Assembly: GCA_020184695.1 (NCBI GenBank)
Contig: JAANOX010000083.1
Span: forward strand, 186,001-250,000
Length of the DNA: 64,000 bases
DNA from: Histomonas meleagridis 2922-C6/04-290x
Taxonomy: Eukaryota > Protista > Parabasalia
Direction of reading: 5' to 3'
Positions 11,401 to 20,703 of the stretch are shown here, piece after piece. Position 1 is the first letter of the stretch; every line of letters begins with the position of its first letter. Made by a program: the position numbers and the translations under genes. Under the pieces are notes generated by a model. That model had not been told where the DNA came from and did no database searches. It worked only from the letters and a program-made list of their open reading frames with translations.

Positions 11401-14344
11401 TTGCACGTAATGCAACGGATTCTGTTGTAGGTAATCTTGAAATGATATATTCACATTTTAATCCAGTATTAGTTAATATATCATCACCTAAAATCTCTGC
11501 TAATCTACGTGCAGTAGTAATTGAAGTAGATTTACGATTACCATAAGCAACAAGATTTTTGCTCATTGTAGATGATTCACTTAATAACCCTAAAAGTTCA
11601 TCATCTTCAATTGTTCTACCTTTAGTTCTAAGGATCATTAAATATTGCTTACATACTTCAGCAACATTTTGATATATTTCTTGATTAGTATTCCCTTTCA
11701 TAAATGAAATAAATGCATCGTTTTGTAACATTTTGATCATGATCCATTCACCTCTTCGTTTAATTTCAAATCCTTTTAATTCTGTAATATGTCCATGACT
11801 ATTAAATACAGCATATCTTTTCTTAAGTTTTTTGTTTTCTTCTTTAGCTGCTGGTAAAAACATTGCATGATAAGGCCCATCGATTTCAAAGAAAATCGAA
11901 TTTTCTTTTCGTACAATATATTCATTTGTACCAGGAATTAATTCATGATATTGATAATTGGAAAACCCTTTATCAACATTATGATTTAACATTGAACAAG
12001 GAAATGAAAATGATGCTCGTTGACCATTCTTAAGTTGAAATGTTTTTGTCATTGGAAACATTGATGGAAATGCAGACCATATTCCATCAGTATCAAGTTC
12101 TAAACCTTTACCAAGTCCTTGTACTATATAGCGCGTTTGCTTAATGATTGTTGCACCTGTATGTGTTATAATTCCGGCCATTTCTATTGATCTCCATCTT
12201 GATCCAGTTCTCATAACATAACCATAAAATGAATTCAACAATGCTTTGTGTGCAAGTTGTAATGAGTCATATAACACAACCATTTTCTTGGCTTGTTCAC
12301 GTTCTGCAGGTGTTTTAGATTGATCTCTTTTTTTGTTCCATACCTTTAATAAGTTTTTATATTCATAACGTCGATCTCGAAATGATCGAACAGTATCAAC
12401 ATAAAAAGAATTAGCTTTCATACATATAATTGAAGTTCTTTCTTCTTCTTGTGTGACTTTAGTTTTTTGATACATTTTCTTACAAAAGTCAGTAAGTCGT
12501 TCTTTAAACTTTTTGGTTTGTTCTTCAACACTTAATGCATGCCATGGAGTTCCATTAACACTTTCTCCTTCAAGTTGTCTCAGTACTGCATTCGATTGTG
12601 CTTCAGTAGCTGGAAAGAATTCTCCACGCCAAGTCCACGTCATTTTACGTTGACATTTATCACCTTTAAATTGACATTTAGAACAAATCGATTCATTAAC
12701 TATAGCTGTAGGTTGTAAACGATTTGTTAATATGATATTTGGATACATTGCACCTACATCTAAATGAATTATAATGGGCTTACCATTAAACCTTGGATGA
12801 TCTCTAATGTTTTCAAGTTCGGTTATAATATTTTGTTGAACTTCATCAAAGTTTTCGATGTCTTCTTTCTTTAACTTTAAGTCATGATCTAAAACAAAAT
12901 CTAAAATACTCGGAACTCGATTAATAATATTTTGATATTGTTCTGGATCAAGATCAAAATCCGTTTCAATATCATCTCTATAAATTCCAGATCTTAATGC
13001 TTCAACGCGTCCACCACTATAACTTTCGGAATGTAAAATATGTCCATTCCATTTACTCATTGAGTTAACACCACTTTTGTTCGGAAAGAATATGTTCGCA
13101 TGATATGCACTCGCCATTAGAAGTGCTTCACATAATGTACCTGTACCACGACGTAAACAATCATCGGAATTCACAGGCAAAACAGTTGTTAATGAGAAAA
13201 TAAATGGATGGACGTACTTAATATATAAATAATATGTCGCATATGCATCAGAAACTGAATAATTTGCTAAACGTTGTGGATCTTCAACTCCTAAAGGACA
13301 GATATCTTCTGGATCTAATTCAAGTGGATTATATTGAAGCTTGGCTTTGGTAACAGCTTTTAAACCATGTGAACCTGCGGGTAAATATGAATCTCGCTTA
13401 ACCCACTTGAAACAATCAAGGTGAGGTGAATAGTGCGATAGGTATTCAACCGTCTTATCGTTCGTGTGATGGAACCCAATTTCTTCATACATACTAATGC
13501 CATTAATTTGCATACGACGTTCAACAAAAGGCCAATCAAAGGCATCCCCGTTGAACGTAACAAAAATATGGGGTTTGACTTCTTTGATATGTTCTAACCA
13601 TCGATTAAGCATTGATTGTTCATCATCACAATTCCAAACAGTAAACTCACAATAATATTCAAGTGGTGAATACTCAAAGGATTCAATGTCTTTCGAAAAC
13701 CAATTCTTATTAGTGACTAGATATCCTTTCCCATCAACCATGTATGAAATCATCATGATTTGATCGGTTTCTGGATTTGGAAACATAAGTGGTTCTTTGG
13801 AACACTCTATATCAAATGCTAGAATTCGTGGTTGTGGAGGTGCTTGTTTTTCATTATCACGTTCAAGAACAATTTCACCATTAATGTTTCGAACATTATA
13901 CCAAAGGCCTACTCTAATGTCAAAGTCTAAACAGAATCTTTCGTAATATGGTACATCATATTCTCTGAGTTGAAGATTCTTTTCACGATTTAGTTCATCA
14001 CGTACTTTTTTGAGATCATCAACATTTGCAAATCGTAAACGATGTCCTAAAACTTCTCCTTTTTCTCCATCAATTTTGTTAACATTTTCAATTCGTCGAA
14101 CTCTTGGATTATCTTCATATTGTGCAAGTTGTGGAAAAGGACTTAGTACATAAAAATAAGGCTCATATATTTTTTGAACACGCCAACATGAACCATCTTC
14201 TTCCATAAAGAATAAATCGACTGCACTAAATTGAATTTCGCTATTACTAAGTTGTACTTTAGTTGGTTGTACATTTATGAGCCATCCATTTTTTACATCA
14301 AAATCTTCGGCAAGGTTGTACCAAAGATATTGAGGATTGCTCAT
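8480..14344 (-). CDS. POLE: DNA polymerase epsilon catalytic subunit
   Basis: Exo I AFDIEC, Exo II TFNGDAFDWPF, Exo III YSVSDA; polymerase motifs HLDVGAMYPNII, QLAHKALLNSFYGY, ELDTDGIW; C-terminal Cys motifs. The track start at 14350 is TTG; the first ATG is at 14344. Confidence 0.97.
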   Translation of the reverse strand: MSNPQYLWYNLAEDFDVKNGWLINVQPTKVQLSNSEIQFSAVDLFFMEEDGSCWRVQKIYEPYFYVLSPFPQLAQYEDNPRVRRIENVNKIDGEKGEVLGHRLRFANVDDLKKVRDELNREKNLQLREYDVPYYERFCLDFDIRVGLWYNVRNINGEIVLERDNEKQAPPQPRILAFDIECSKEPLMFPNPETDQIMMISYMVDGKGYLVTNKNWFSKDIESFEYSPLEYYCEFTVWNCDDEQSMLNRWLEHIKEVKPHIFVTFNGDAFDWPFVERRMQINGISMYEEIGFHHTNDKTVEYLSHYSPHLDCFKWVKRDSYLPAGSHGLKAVTKAKLQYNPLELDPEDICPLGVEDPQRLANYSVSDAYATYYLYIKYVHPFIFSLTTVLPVNSDDCLRRGTGTLCEALLMASAYHANIFFPNKSGVNSMSKWNGHILHSESYSGGRVEALRSGIYRDDIETDFDLDPEQYQNIINRVPSILDFVLDHDLKLKKEDIENFDEVQQNIITELENIRDHPRFNGKPIIIHLDVGAMYPNIILTNRLQPTAIVNESICSKCQFKGDKCQRKMTWTWRGEFFPATEAQSNAVLRQLEGESVNGTPWHALSVEEQTKKFKERLTDFCKKMYQKTKVTQEEERTSIICMKANSFYVDTVRSFRDRRYEYKNLLKVWNKKRDQSKTPAEREQAKKMVVLYDSLQLAHKALLNSFYGYVMRTGSRWRSIEMAGIITHTGATIIKQTRYIVQGLGKGLELDTDGIWSAFPSMFPMTKTFQLKNGQRASFSFPCSMLNHNVDKGFSNYQYHELIPGTNEYIVRKENSIFFEIDGPYHAMFLPAAKEENKKLKKRYAVFNSHGHITELKGFEIKRRGEWIMIKMLQNDAFISFMKGNTNQEIYQNVAEVCKQYLMILRTKGRTIEDDELLGLLSESSTMSKNLVAYGNRKSTSITTARRLAEILGDDILTNTGLKCEYIISRLPTTESVALRAIPVIIFRDNSQERILFFLRKWTNDSTLQTTDFRDIIDWDYYTNRLYSALQKILIIPSMLQGITIKNFDVPPPDWVIKRQKEQKLMKGQTKLNFEAATERPKIIRQKAIRDYDKLTDYQKKLLMIKKNWRLNRSIAIENRVSTTSFNEWRVIEIRPSSQPGTIIAFIQVAPKVINRIEIDVPRIFYINSTSEAAEIFQQHMKDKAKQVKINLPHSFPPDVVTKFTMSESEFLTHKSILTSSFSSAGVYGVYETNVPPIFRALCNLGLSINPYKKNKWILPNIKQSKTLQLPIFDGINKIFIYSCYSKRKGMIAMVPILLDSEVTDATIFMFYPDPNDLSTPPLKNIQEAALQRITNDIPIVKIGNYNIKHVQTVRESAQLLQNTLSKFGRNNNTVIILNSHLTLDQLLTSLKVTTLHNYPIITLDFPESDDFYNESNQRWDITVFENFITRYLQFQIDLSQRLNYAQLLNIPIGNLNEDICMKALDILFARELIQNNYALWYSESSEPDIGGSYSNTLISTPGDPFSSLCENKKGTYMSRCIEYRVSHLSTSAIIECQTLIDQYLPQHITPSFEDFNSKPSLDAITITAPVFNILSNFLSKIVTKCQNESNILSSLIGHIGTWLGSSSSVFYDPALHSVFYHFLTILFKQMISHFNSSDIPVIFADQSRLILNIGDFSPDHAFIELKNKQLLRWIDFEVIHDYTKLVWIDEFNYQGTFDTERYLSTWNISKFLPEKYSDYLIEFFNDLMLFEVHQLKDFFKSASMALFKMADSARLTPTIIDNKLRKKTSLQVNDFLLLINTIFYVIDGLGDEKIQHQIQSLRRNILTILNIGEFDQRAKFDDPSLSLTIPNVLCHHCLSVRNIDVLRDEDILEGNWLCIFCQQPYDVRIFERWIFEEFSRRYQFYMTQDLRCEKCKKVQGRKLMLTCEDGGKLKTSVAKDEMLEFMKTVAITAKYHEFKNLLEVIEKFIQLSE

Positions 14345-14919
14345 AAACAATTGTGTACTCTATAATTTTTTCTCAATACTTTTCAAAACAGAATTAGTAA
14401 ACGTATAGTGGGTCCAAAAGAACGTTTATTGGCCATAGTGATACTTCTCTTCCTTCTCTAGACAGTACTGTTCCATTAAATCACACAGGCTTAAAGAAAA
14501 CCCACCAGAGGTAAGAGTAAAACGTTCATTGATCTGCCAAACTTTAAGTTCTTCATCCAAATTATTCATGCTTTTGGTAACAAGTACATATCATAAAAAG
14601 GAATCCACTCTTTTGAAGTGCAACTACACTACTGTTCAAGTTACTTTGAACTACCCCAATTGAAAATCTTTCTTTTCTTATATATATTAAAAGATTGTTT
14701 CCAAGAAACTATTATCAATACAAAAAATCATTACCTATTTTTTCATGGTTACCGCTTACATTTCTGATATAATGTCTCTTTACATGAAAAATAAATAGAT
14801 ATAGAAATTTGGTATTCAGAACTCTTCAAACGATCCTATCGTCTTAATTTGAGAGGATAATCCGCCACACGTAAACGTTCTCCGATTTTGTTTGACCATT
14901 CGATTTTTACAAATTAAAA

Positions 14920-16140
14920 ATGTCTGCGAAAATACCAATGATACCAATCAAAAAAGATGCCGACGAGCATTATCGTTACAAAATGCCAAGAATTACAGCG
15001 AGACCTCAATCTTCTGGTAATGGTGCAAAAACATCAATTCTTAATGGCAAAGCAGTTGCTCAAGCAATTGGTCGTCCGCTAAATTATCTAACACAATGGT
15101 TTGGCTATGCTTTTGCTGTTCAAGCTAAGCAACAACAAAAACAAGATACCATTCTTTTGAACGGATCACATTCAGAAGGAAAGAAATTATTGAATTCACT
15201 TTACGAATTCATTGATAATTTTGTTCTTTGTCCAGTTTGCCAAAATCCAGAAACCACATTTGAAAAAAAGAATAATGTATTGTATCTTCATTGTCATTCG
15301 TGTGGTAACGAAACTCCTTGTCAAATTACCAAATCAGCTGCTTATGTACAAAAGATGTATGATTGGATTCTTAGTCATATTACAGAAGAAACTAAAAATT
15401 CAAGTAATGTAACTAAACAGATCAAACGCAAAGGAAATGGTTCGGTAGACTTCCCAAAGGGAGCAGGGTCTGTTGGCCAAGGCGTGTACATCAACACAGA
15501 GGAACTTACGGCAATTCTCAAATCTCTCGAACCCGCTCCAGATAAGCCTCAAAATGTCACTGTCAGTGAAGAGGAGACCGACAAATTCTTTGAAGACCTT
15601 ACAAAGATTATACATTCAGATGCTAGTGATGATGATATTTTTTCCAAAATCACCGAATTCACATCAAAAGCAAACGTCAACAAGTCATCGCTTCTTATGA
15701 TGGTCTTCCAGGCGCTTTTTACTGATCATGTAAAGGAAATTCTTGATTTGATCAAAAAACGTCGCGTTCTCTTAATATTAGTAACAATGGAAGAAACATC
15801 TCAAAGGGACTTCCTCAGTATCATGAGTCAGTTTGTTTGTAAGACACATCCAGAACTATTGACATCTGCACCAATAATCTGGTACACACTCTTCGACAAT
15901 GAAATTGTTGAGGAATCGGCACTGCAAATGTGGAGAAAGAAGCTGTCATCCAGATTTGAGAAAGATAAAGCAAAAGCAAATGAACTCAGAAATGTCGTTC
16001 TTAAGCCGTTCTATGAGTGGCTTGAGAAAGCAGAATATGAAGTGGAAGAACCTGTTAATAAGGTTGAGCAAAAGGCTGAGGAAACTAAGGACGATGAGAA
16101 TAAAGAAAATGAAGATGAAATTGATATTGATAGCATTTAG
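14920..16140 (+). CDS. EIF5: Translation initiation factor eIF5
   Basis: HYRYKMP (arginine-finger motif), GNGAKT, zinc finger CPVCQNPET...CHSCG, and a C-terminal W2 domain (WYTLFDNEIVEE...PFYEWLEKAE). Confidence 0.92.
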   Translation: MSAKIPMIPIKKDADEHYRYKMPRITARPQSSGNGAKTSILNGKAVAQAIGRPLNYLTQWFGYAFAVQAKQQQKQDTILLNGSHSEGKKLLNSLYEFIDNFVLCPVCQNPETTFEKKNNVLYLHCHSCGNETPCQITKSAAYVQKMYDWILSHITEETKNSSNVTKQIKRKGNGSVDFPKGAGSVGQGVYINTEELTAILKSLEPAPDKPQNVTVSEEETDKFFEDLTKIIHSDASDDDIFSKITEFTSKANVNKSSLLMMVFQALFTDHVKEILDLIKKRRVLLILVTMEETSQRDFLSIMSQFVCKTHPELLTSAPIIWYTLFDNEIVEESALQMWRKKLSSRFEKDKAKANELRNVVLKPFYEWLEKAEYEVEEPVNKVEQKAEETKDDENKENEDEIDIDSI

Positions 16141-16430
16141 TAAAATATGATTTAAGTACATCATAAGTGTAAATGTGTGAAGCTGTTTTAAAATTGAAAA
16201 TTTGGATTTTAATTTTTGATTTCATATGAACTTTGATTTTTAATGACAATTTTTGATATCCACACTCAATGCAATTGTTAAATACGTGTAGTAAAGCTGA
16301 ATGTAATGTTTAATAAGATCGCAATCAGAGAGTTGATAAGAACATTCGAATGTAGATATTTGACAACTGAATTCAAAATCTTAATTTCACAAAATTCTGT
16401 GATTCGGAACCAAATATCAATTGAAAAAGT

Positions 16431-16811
16431 ATGTCAAAATTAGTCACTTCATTTACGAATATGGAACTCATCAAAACAATTGTTCCATGCGCAATTTGTG
16501 CAACCTCTAGCCTCCTTTTATATCTAAAGGTTCAATCCATTGATGAGAAGCAAAACAAACTCCTCGAAGAAGTTAATGAAATCAAAGGAAGAATTTCTCA
16601 AGATTCCCTTGCAGAAGCAATTCTTGAAGCAACCAACTCAACTAAAGATAAAAAGAAGGACAAGAAGAAGGATAAGAAAGATAAAAAGAAGAAAGATAAG
16701 AAATCTAAAAAAGATAAGAAGAAGGATAAAAAGGATAAGAAAGATAAGAAGAAGGACAAAAAGGACAAGAAAGATAAGAAAGACAAGAAAAAGGATAAGA
16801 AGAAGAAGTAA
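16431..16811 (+). CDS. Small protein: hydrophobic helix, coiled coil and (DKK)n tail
   Basis: 126-aa ORF. The tail mixes synonymous GAT/GAC and AAA/AAG codons, consistent with protein-level selection. Confidence 0.7.
   Translation: MSKLVTSFTNMELIKTIVPCAICATSSLLLYLKVQSIDEKQNKLLEEVNEIKGRISQDSLAEAILEATNSTKDKKKDKKKDKKDKKKKDKKSKKDKKKDKKDKKDKKKDKKDKKDKKDKKKDKKKK
16644..16808 (+). repeat. Imperfect 9-12 nt coding tandem repeat (GATAAGAAA/GACAAGAAG)
   Basis: Visible directly; encodes KDKKKDKKKDKK... Confidence 0.85.
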
Positions 16812-17136
16812 ATAAAAATAATTTAATTTCATAATTATCTCCGTTTATACTTAACTAATAATGTGAAGCAAGTTTAAGGAGTGAATGTTCTTTAGATTTT
16901 TTTCATATAGTTGGAAATATGAAATGAGTATCCATTTGAAAAAAAAAATATTTATTAGTTTGTAAAATCCGACTAACTGTGGCTCACGAAGTTATAATTT
17001 ATTAGTGATAAAGAGAAAGCAAAAGGCACAATATTGATTATTTCAAATCCTCAAATTTAAAAAAAAATACGAAAATAAATCTCAAATAAACAAAAATAGG
17101 GTGTTGAGGCGATATATGTTTAGTCATATTTCAAGA

Positions 17137-17745
17137 TTACTTACATAATCCCCTTTTCTTTCTGTTTTTCTTTGGTTGTGATATGTCGATTGTGTTTGCA
17201 GGAGGTTGTTCGGGTTCATTTTCTTTGCGCTTTTTGATGACTTTGGCCATTTCGAGGAATGTCTCTTGAATTCCAAGACCAGATCTGGCTGATGTTTCAA
17301 AGTATGGGACGTTGTTGGTTCTCTTAAATTCATTAATCATATCTTCAGTGACAACTTTTTCAAGGTCGCACTTATTTCCAACAAGGAAAATATCAACAGT
17401 TGAAGATGCGTTTTCCTTAATTGAATTCATCCACTCATTAACCATATCGAAAGAAGTTTGATTTGTAAGATCAAACACCAAAAGAATACCGTCTGCTCCT
17501 CTTAAGAAAGATTTTGTAATTGTACGATATTGTTCCTGCCCTGCAGTATCCCAAACTTGTAATTTGATGGGTTTCTCGTCAATTACCATTCTCTTAACCT
17601 TAAAATCGAGACCGATAGTTGATAAAAACGCTTCTTGGAACTTATTTTCAGAGTAACGAAGTAAGATACATGTTTTACCAACAGAGGAATCTCCTACAAG
17701 CAATATTTTAATAGTCATTTCTCCATTTTGCGCAGCGTTTGCCAT
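17137..17745 (-). CDS. Rab family small GTPase (Rab8/Rab1-like)
   Basis: GDSSVGKT, STIGLDF, WDTAGQE, GNKCD, ETSA; C-terminus GLCK. Confidence 0.93.
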   Translation of the reverse strand: MANAAQNGEMTIKILLVGDSSVGKTCILLRYSENKFQEAFLSTIGLDFKVKRMVIDEKPIKLQVWDTAGQEQYRTITKSFLRGADGILLVFDLTNQTSFDMVNEWMNSIKENASSTVDIFLVGNKCDLEKVVTEDMINEFKRTNNVPYFETSARSGLGIQETFLEMAKVIKKRKENEPEQPPANTIDISQPKKNRKKRGLCK

Positions 17746-17825
17746 CTCTGATAGAACTATTTGGCCTAACCTCCAAGGATTCTATCAAAAACCTAACGGT
17801 TACTAATCACAATTTCTTGAATAAT

Positions 17826-19090
17826 ATGTCTCAAAAAGTGTGTCATTTGAGAGGAAAAGCTGGTGCAAAATAGAATCCTTTGTTTTTAAACCGTTATTTT
17901 TTAGAAAAGAACAGATATTTGACGAGCTGGAAAAGTACTTGTGCCATATCATGAAACCGCCGCTTATGATTTTGACCACTCAATATTTCAATACTATAAC
18001 TGTTAATGAAAGTTTGTATACAACCGTCAAAATATTTATCCACGCAAAAATATCAAAATTCCGTTTTTTCAAGCAATTCATGAAGAATTCGTCTATTTAT
18101 TGCTTAGCAGCTATTCCAATGTAACGAGTATTATATTAATTGAAGATGAAAGATCATTATTAACTTTTTAATTTCGATTTTCCAAGAACATTTTACGAAC
18201 AGAAAAGGTTGACAGTTCATAGAAAATTGAATTATCCTCATAATTTTTGAACCACTTTTTGTATCAATTTTGATCAGTCTAAATTTAACATATTCAATAA
18301 TTTCTGAGAGATTCAATCGATTATTAAATGAATTAAATAAATACAAAAAACGGATTTCTGAGAATTTTATGACAGCTTTTATGATACAACTGAAATTTGA
18401 TATTTTTATAAGAAAACTTCAACTTGAGCTTTGTGCATACAACGACAGCACAGAAACTATTGCAATAAATTGTAACTGTGATTCGTATTTTTACATTCAT
18501 GAAAGATATTTCCATAACCCATCAAGAGTTGCTTTGACAAAAACTAAATCGATCTCAAGGAGAAATTATTGATTGTACAAGGACAAAAATTTATCGGGAA
18601 CTCTCTGCTGCTTAATGCTTTGCAAACTCAAAACATTTCGATTTCCCATTTTTTGTTTTGTTCATTTCTATTTAAGTAATCTTTGAATGATATAAGCAAC
18701 GATTGGAACAGCTTCAAGAACAGTTTGGCTTATTTACTTGTTCTTTGAGGTTCAGCTCTTGCAATACTTTGTAAAGCATCCAAAATAATTACTATTTGGT
18801 TTAAGAGCATAAAGGCAAGGTCCCTCTAATCCAAATAAAAGAGTACAGCCATAAGGTCGAATTAATCCAAATGCATGAGATTGATGCAACACGGAAAACT
18901 AGTCTGGTACAGAAATTTGGATCCAAAATTGCCGAAGTTTGATTATGGTCTTTTCTTCTAATCAAACTGTATTATATTTGAATAACAATCTGGGCAATAT
19001 CTAACTATTACACAAGCAATTTTGGTATCAACCCAAAAAAAGCTTTGTTTAGCTTTCTGCTAATAAAGACGACGCAGAAAGTAAAATAAT
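17826..19090 (+). pseudogene. Probable decayed gene relic
   Basis: ATG at 17826 lies head-to-head with the Rab gene. Protein-like segments in different frames (EQIFDELEKYLCHIMKPP; SERFNRLLNELNKYKK; QRLEQLQEQFG; KVPLIQIKEYSHKVELIQMHEIDATRK) are separated by stops and frameshifts. Parent family not identified. Confidence 0.35.
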
Positions 19091-19432
19091 TATTTTTTTT
19101 TTCAAAATATTTAAAATAACTTATTTTTTGTTATAGAAAAGCGTAAATTTATTTATGATGCTGAGAAAATAATTATAATTATACGCATTTTTACCTATTT
19201 GTTAAATTCTCGAATCAAAATTATTGTTTTGTGTTAAAGTAAGTAATTACAATCAATTTTGCAAATATTGAATCCATAAAGTTGGAATTCATCATCTAAT
19301 TTAAAAATACTTCCTTGTTTGATTAGACTGCTTCCGCTTGGTTTCAACATCTTTTTTCATTTCACATAAATTAAACGTTTTTTTGTAATGACAAAGCGGA
19401 AATTGTATAGTTTACAAATCTAATCCCTTGAA

Positions 19433-20593
19433 ATGGAGGCGATGGAGCATTTTCCCAGAGTTTTTGGGCGTCAAATTCTCTCCGCCACTATGTGCATCAA
19501 GGGGCGTGGTACTAAGGGACAAGAAATCCCTGTTTTTTTAACTGTTGGACATAATGAATTTGAAGTTTATAACAAAAATTGGGAGACTTGTTATCATTCA
19601 TTCCAAACTTCTGACGGAAAAGTAGAGATGGATAAAAGTGGTTTATTACGTATTACATATTCCAAACCAAAAGAGCAACAAAAACAAACGTTTGATTTTA
19701 CAATTTCTTTTGATCGACCAGATTTAATCATCAACATATTTAGTGGGAGTAATGAAGGTAGAAAACAAAGTAGTTCTATGAATATTATTGATCTTCCAGA
19801 AGTCTTATCATTTTCATGTGGTTTGCCTCGAAACATAGCCGTTGACAAATTCAAGCCACTCCTTGAAGCCCAGGCACAAAAGCGAGTCCGTTTTCTTACA
19901 TCATCCAACAAAATTAGTCATGCTCTCATATCATCTATTGCAATTGAATTCCGAATGCGCTTTCCGCAAATCGAGCCAGAGAATTGGAATGAAGCCTTTG
20001 ATATCCTCTGGTTTGAGTTTGTAGCTTTTATTGTTTCACTTTGGACTCAAATTTTGAAAATTGCAATTGAACCACATACAGGTCCCAACTCATTTGATTA
20101 TTTCCAACGCCTTGCAGCATCTATTTCTAGTATTATAGCCAAAGGTGCTGATGTCTTCCAAGTTGATCGCCGGTCATTTTTAATCTCTGCACGAAAATAT
20201 CTTGATACAGGGGATTATACTACACTCCCCACTGCATCCCGGAAGATTGTTTCAGATGTTGAACTTGCATTAGGAAACGTCCGTAAACGGTGGCTCCTTC
20301 AATTGATTGATTTGTTTGAGTACACACAAATTTTCAGTGTGGCGATAGCTATCGCACAATCTGTCGCGGACGATACGAAGGAGGGAAGTTCACTTTCGAA
20401 CATGCTTGCGTCTTGGGCCGTATCGTTGTCTACAAACCAGACGCGAGGCCCGAGGCAAAGCGACTTCATGAATGCATTGGAGAAGTTGGCGGTGGCGGTG
20501 CTACAAGCGAATGATTCAAAAAGATATCACCCGGAATTCCATTGCGTGTTGGCTTTATGGAAATTACATGAACTTGTTAAATCATCTGATTAA
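19433..20593 (+). CDS. Hypothetical protein, 386 aa (beta-rich N-terminus, helical C-terminus)
   Basis: Long ATG-started ORF; no confident motif. Confidence 0.8.
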   Translation: MEAMEHFPRVFGRQILSATMCIKGRGTKGQEIPVFLTVGHNEFEVYNKNWETCYHSFQTSDGKVEMDKSGLLRITYSKPKEQQKQTFDFTISFDRPDLIINIFSGSNEGRKQSSSMNIIDLPEVLSFSCGLPRNIAVDKFKPLLEAQAQKRVRFLTSSNKISHALISSIAIEFRMRFPQIEPENWNEAFDILWFEFVAFIVSLWTQILKIAIEPHTGPNSFDYFQRLAASISSIIAKGADVFQVDRRSFLISARKYLDTGDYTTLPTASRKIVSDVELALGNVRKRWLLQLIDLFEYTQIFSVAIAIAQSVADDTKEGSSLSNMLASWAVSLSTNQTRGPRQSDFMNALEKLAVAVLQANDSKRYHPEFHCVLALWKLHELVKSSD

Positions 20594-20703
20594 TATTATA
20601 ATATTATTTTGCTTAAAATGCAAATTATTTCATTTTAAATAAAATCATAAAATATAATAAATATTATGTGATGATACAAATTTTTATTTAATTAAAAAAG
20701 ATT

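Noticed and set aside
16644-16808. Tandem repeat as a CRISPR-like or satellite array
   Set aside because: No spacers; it is a coding repeat with synonymous variation.
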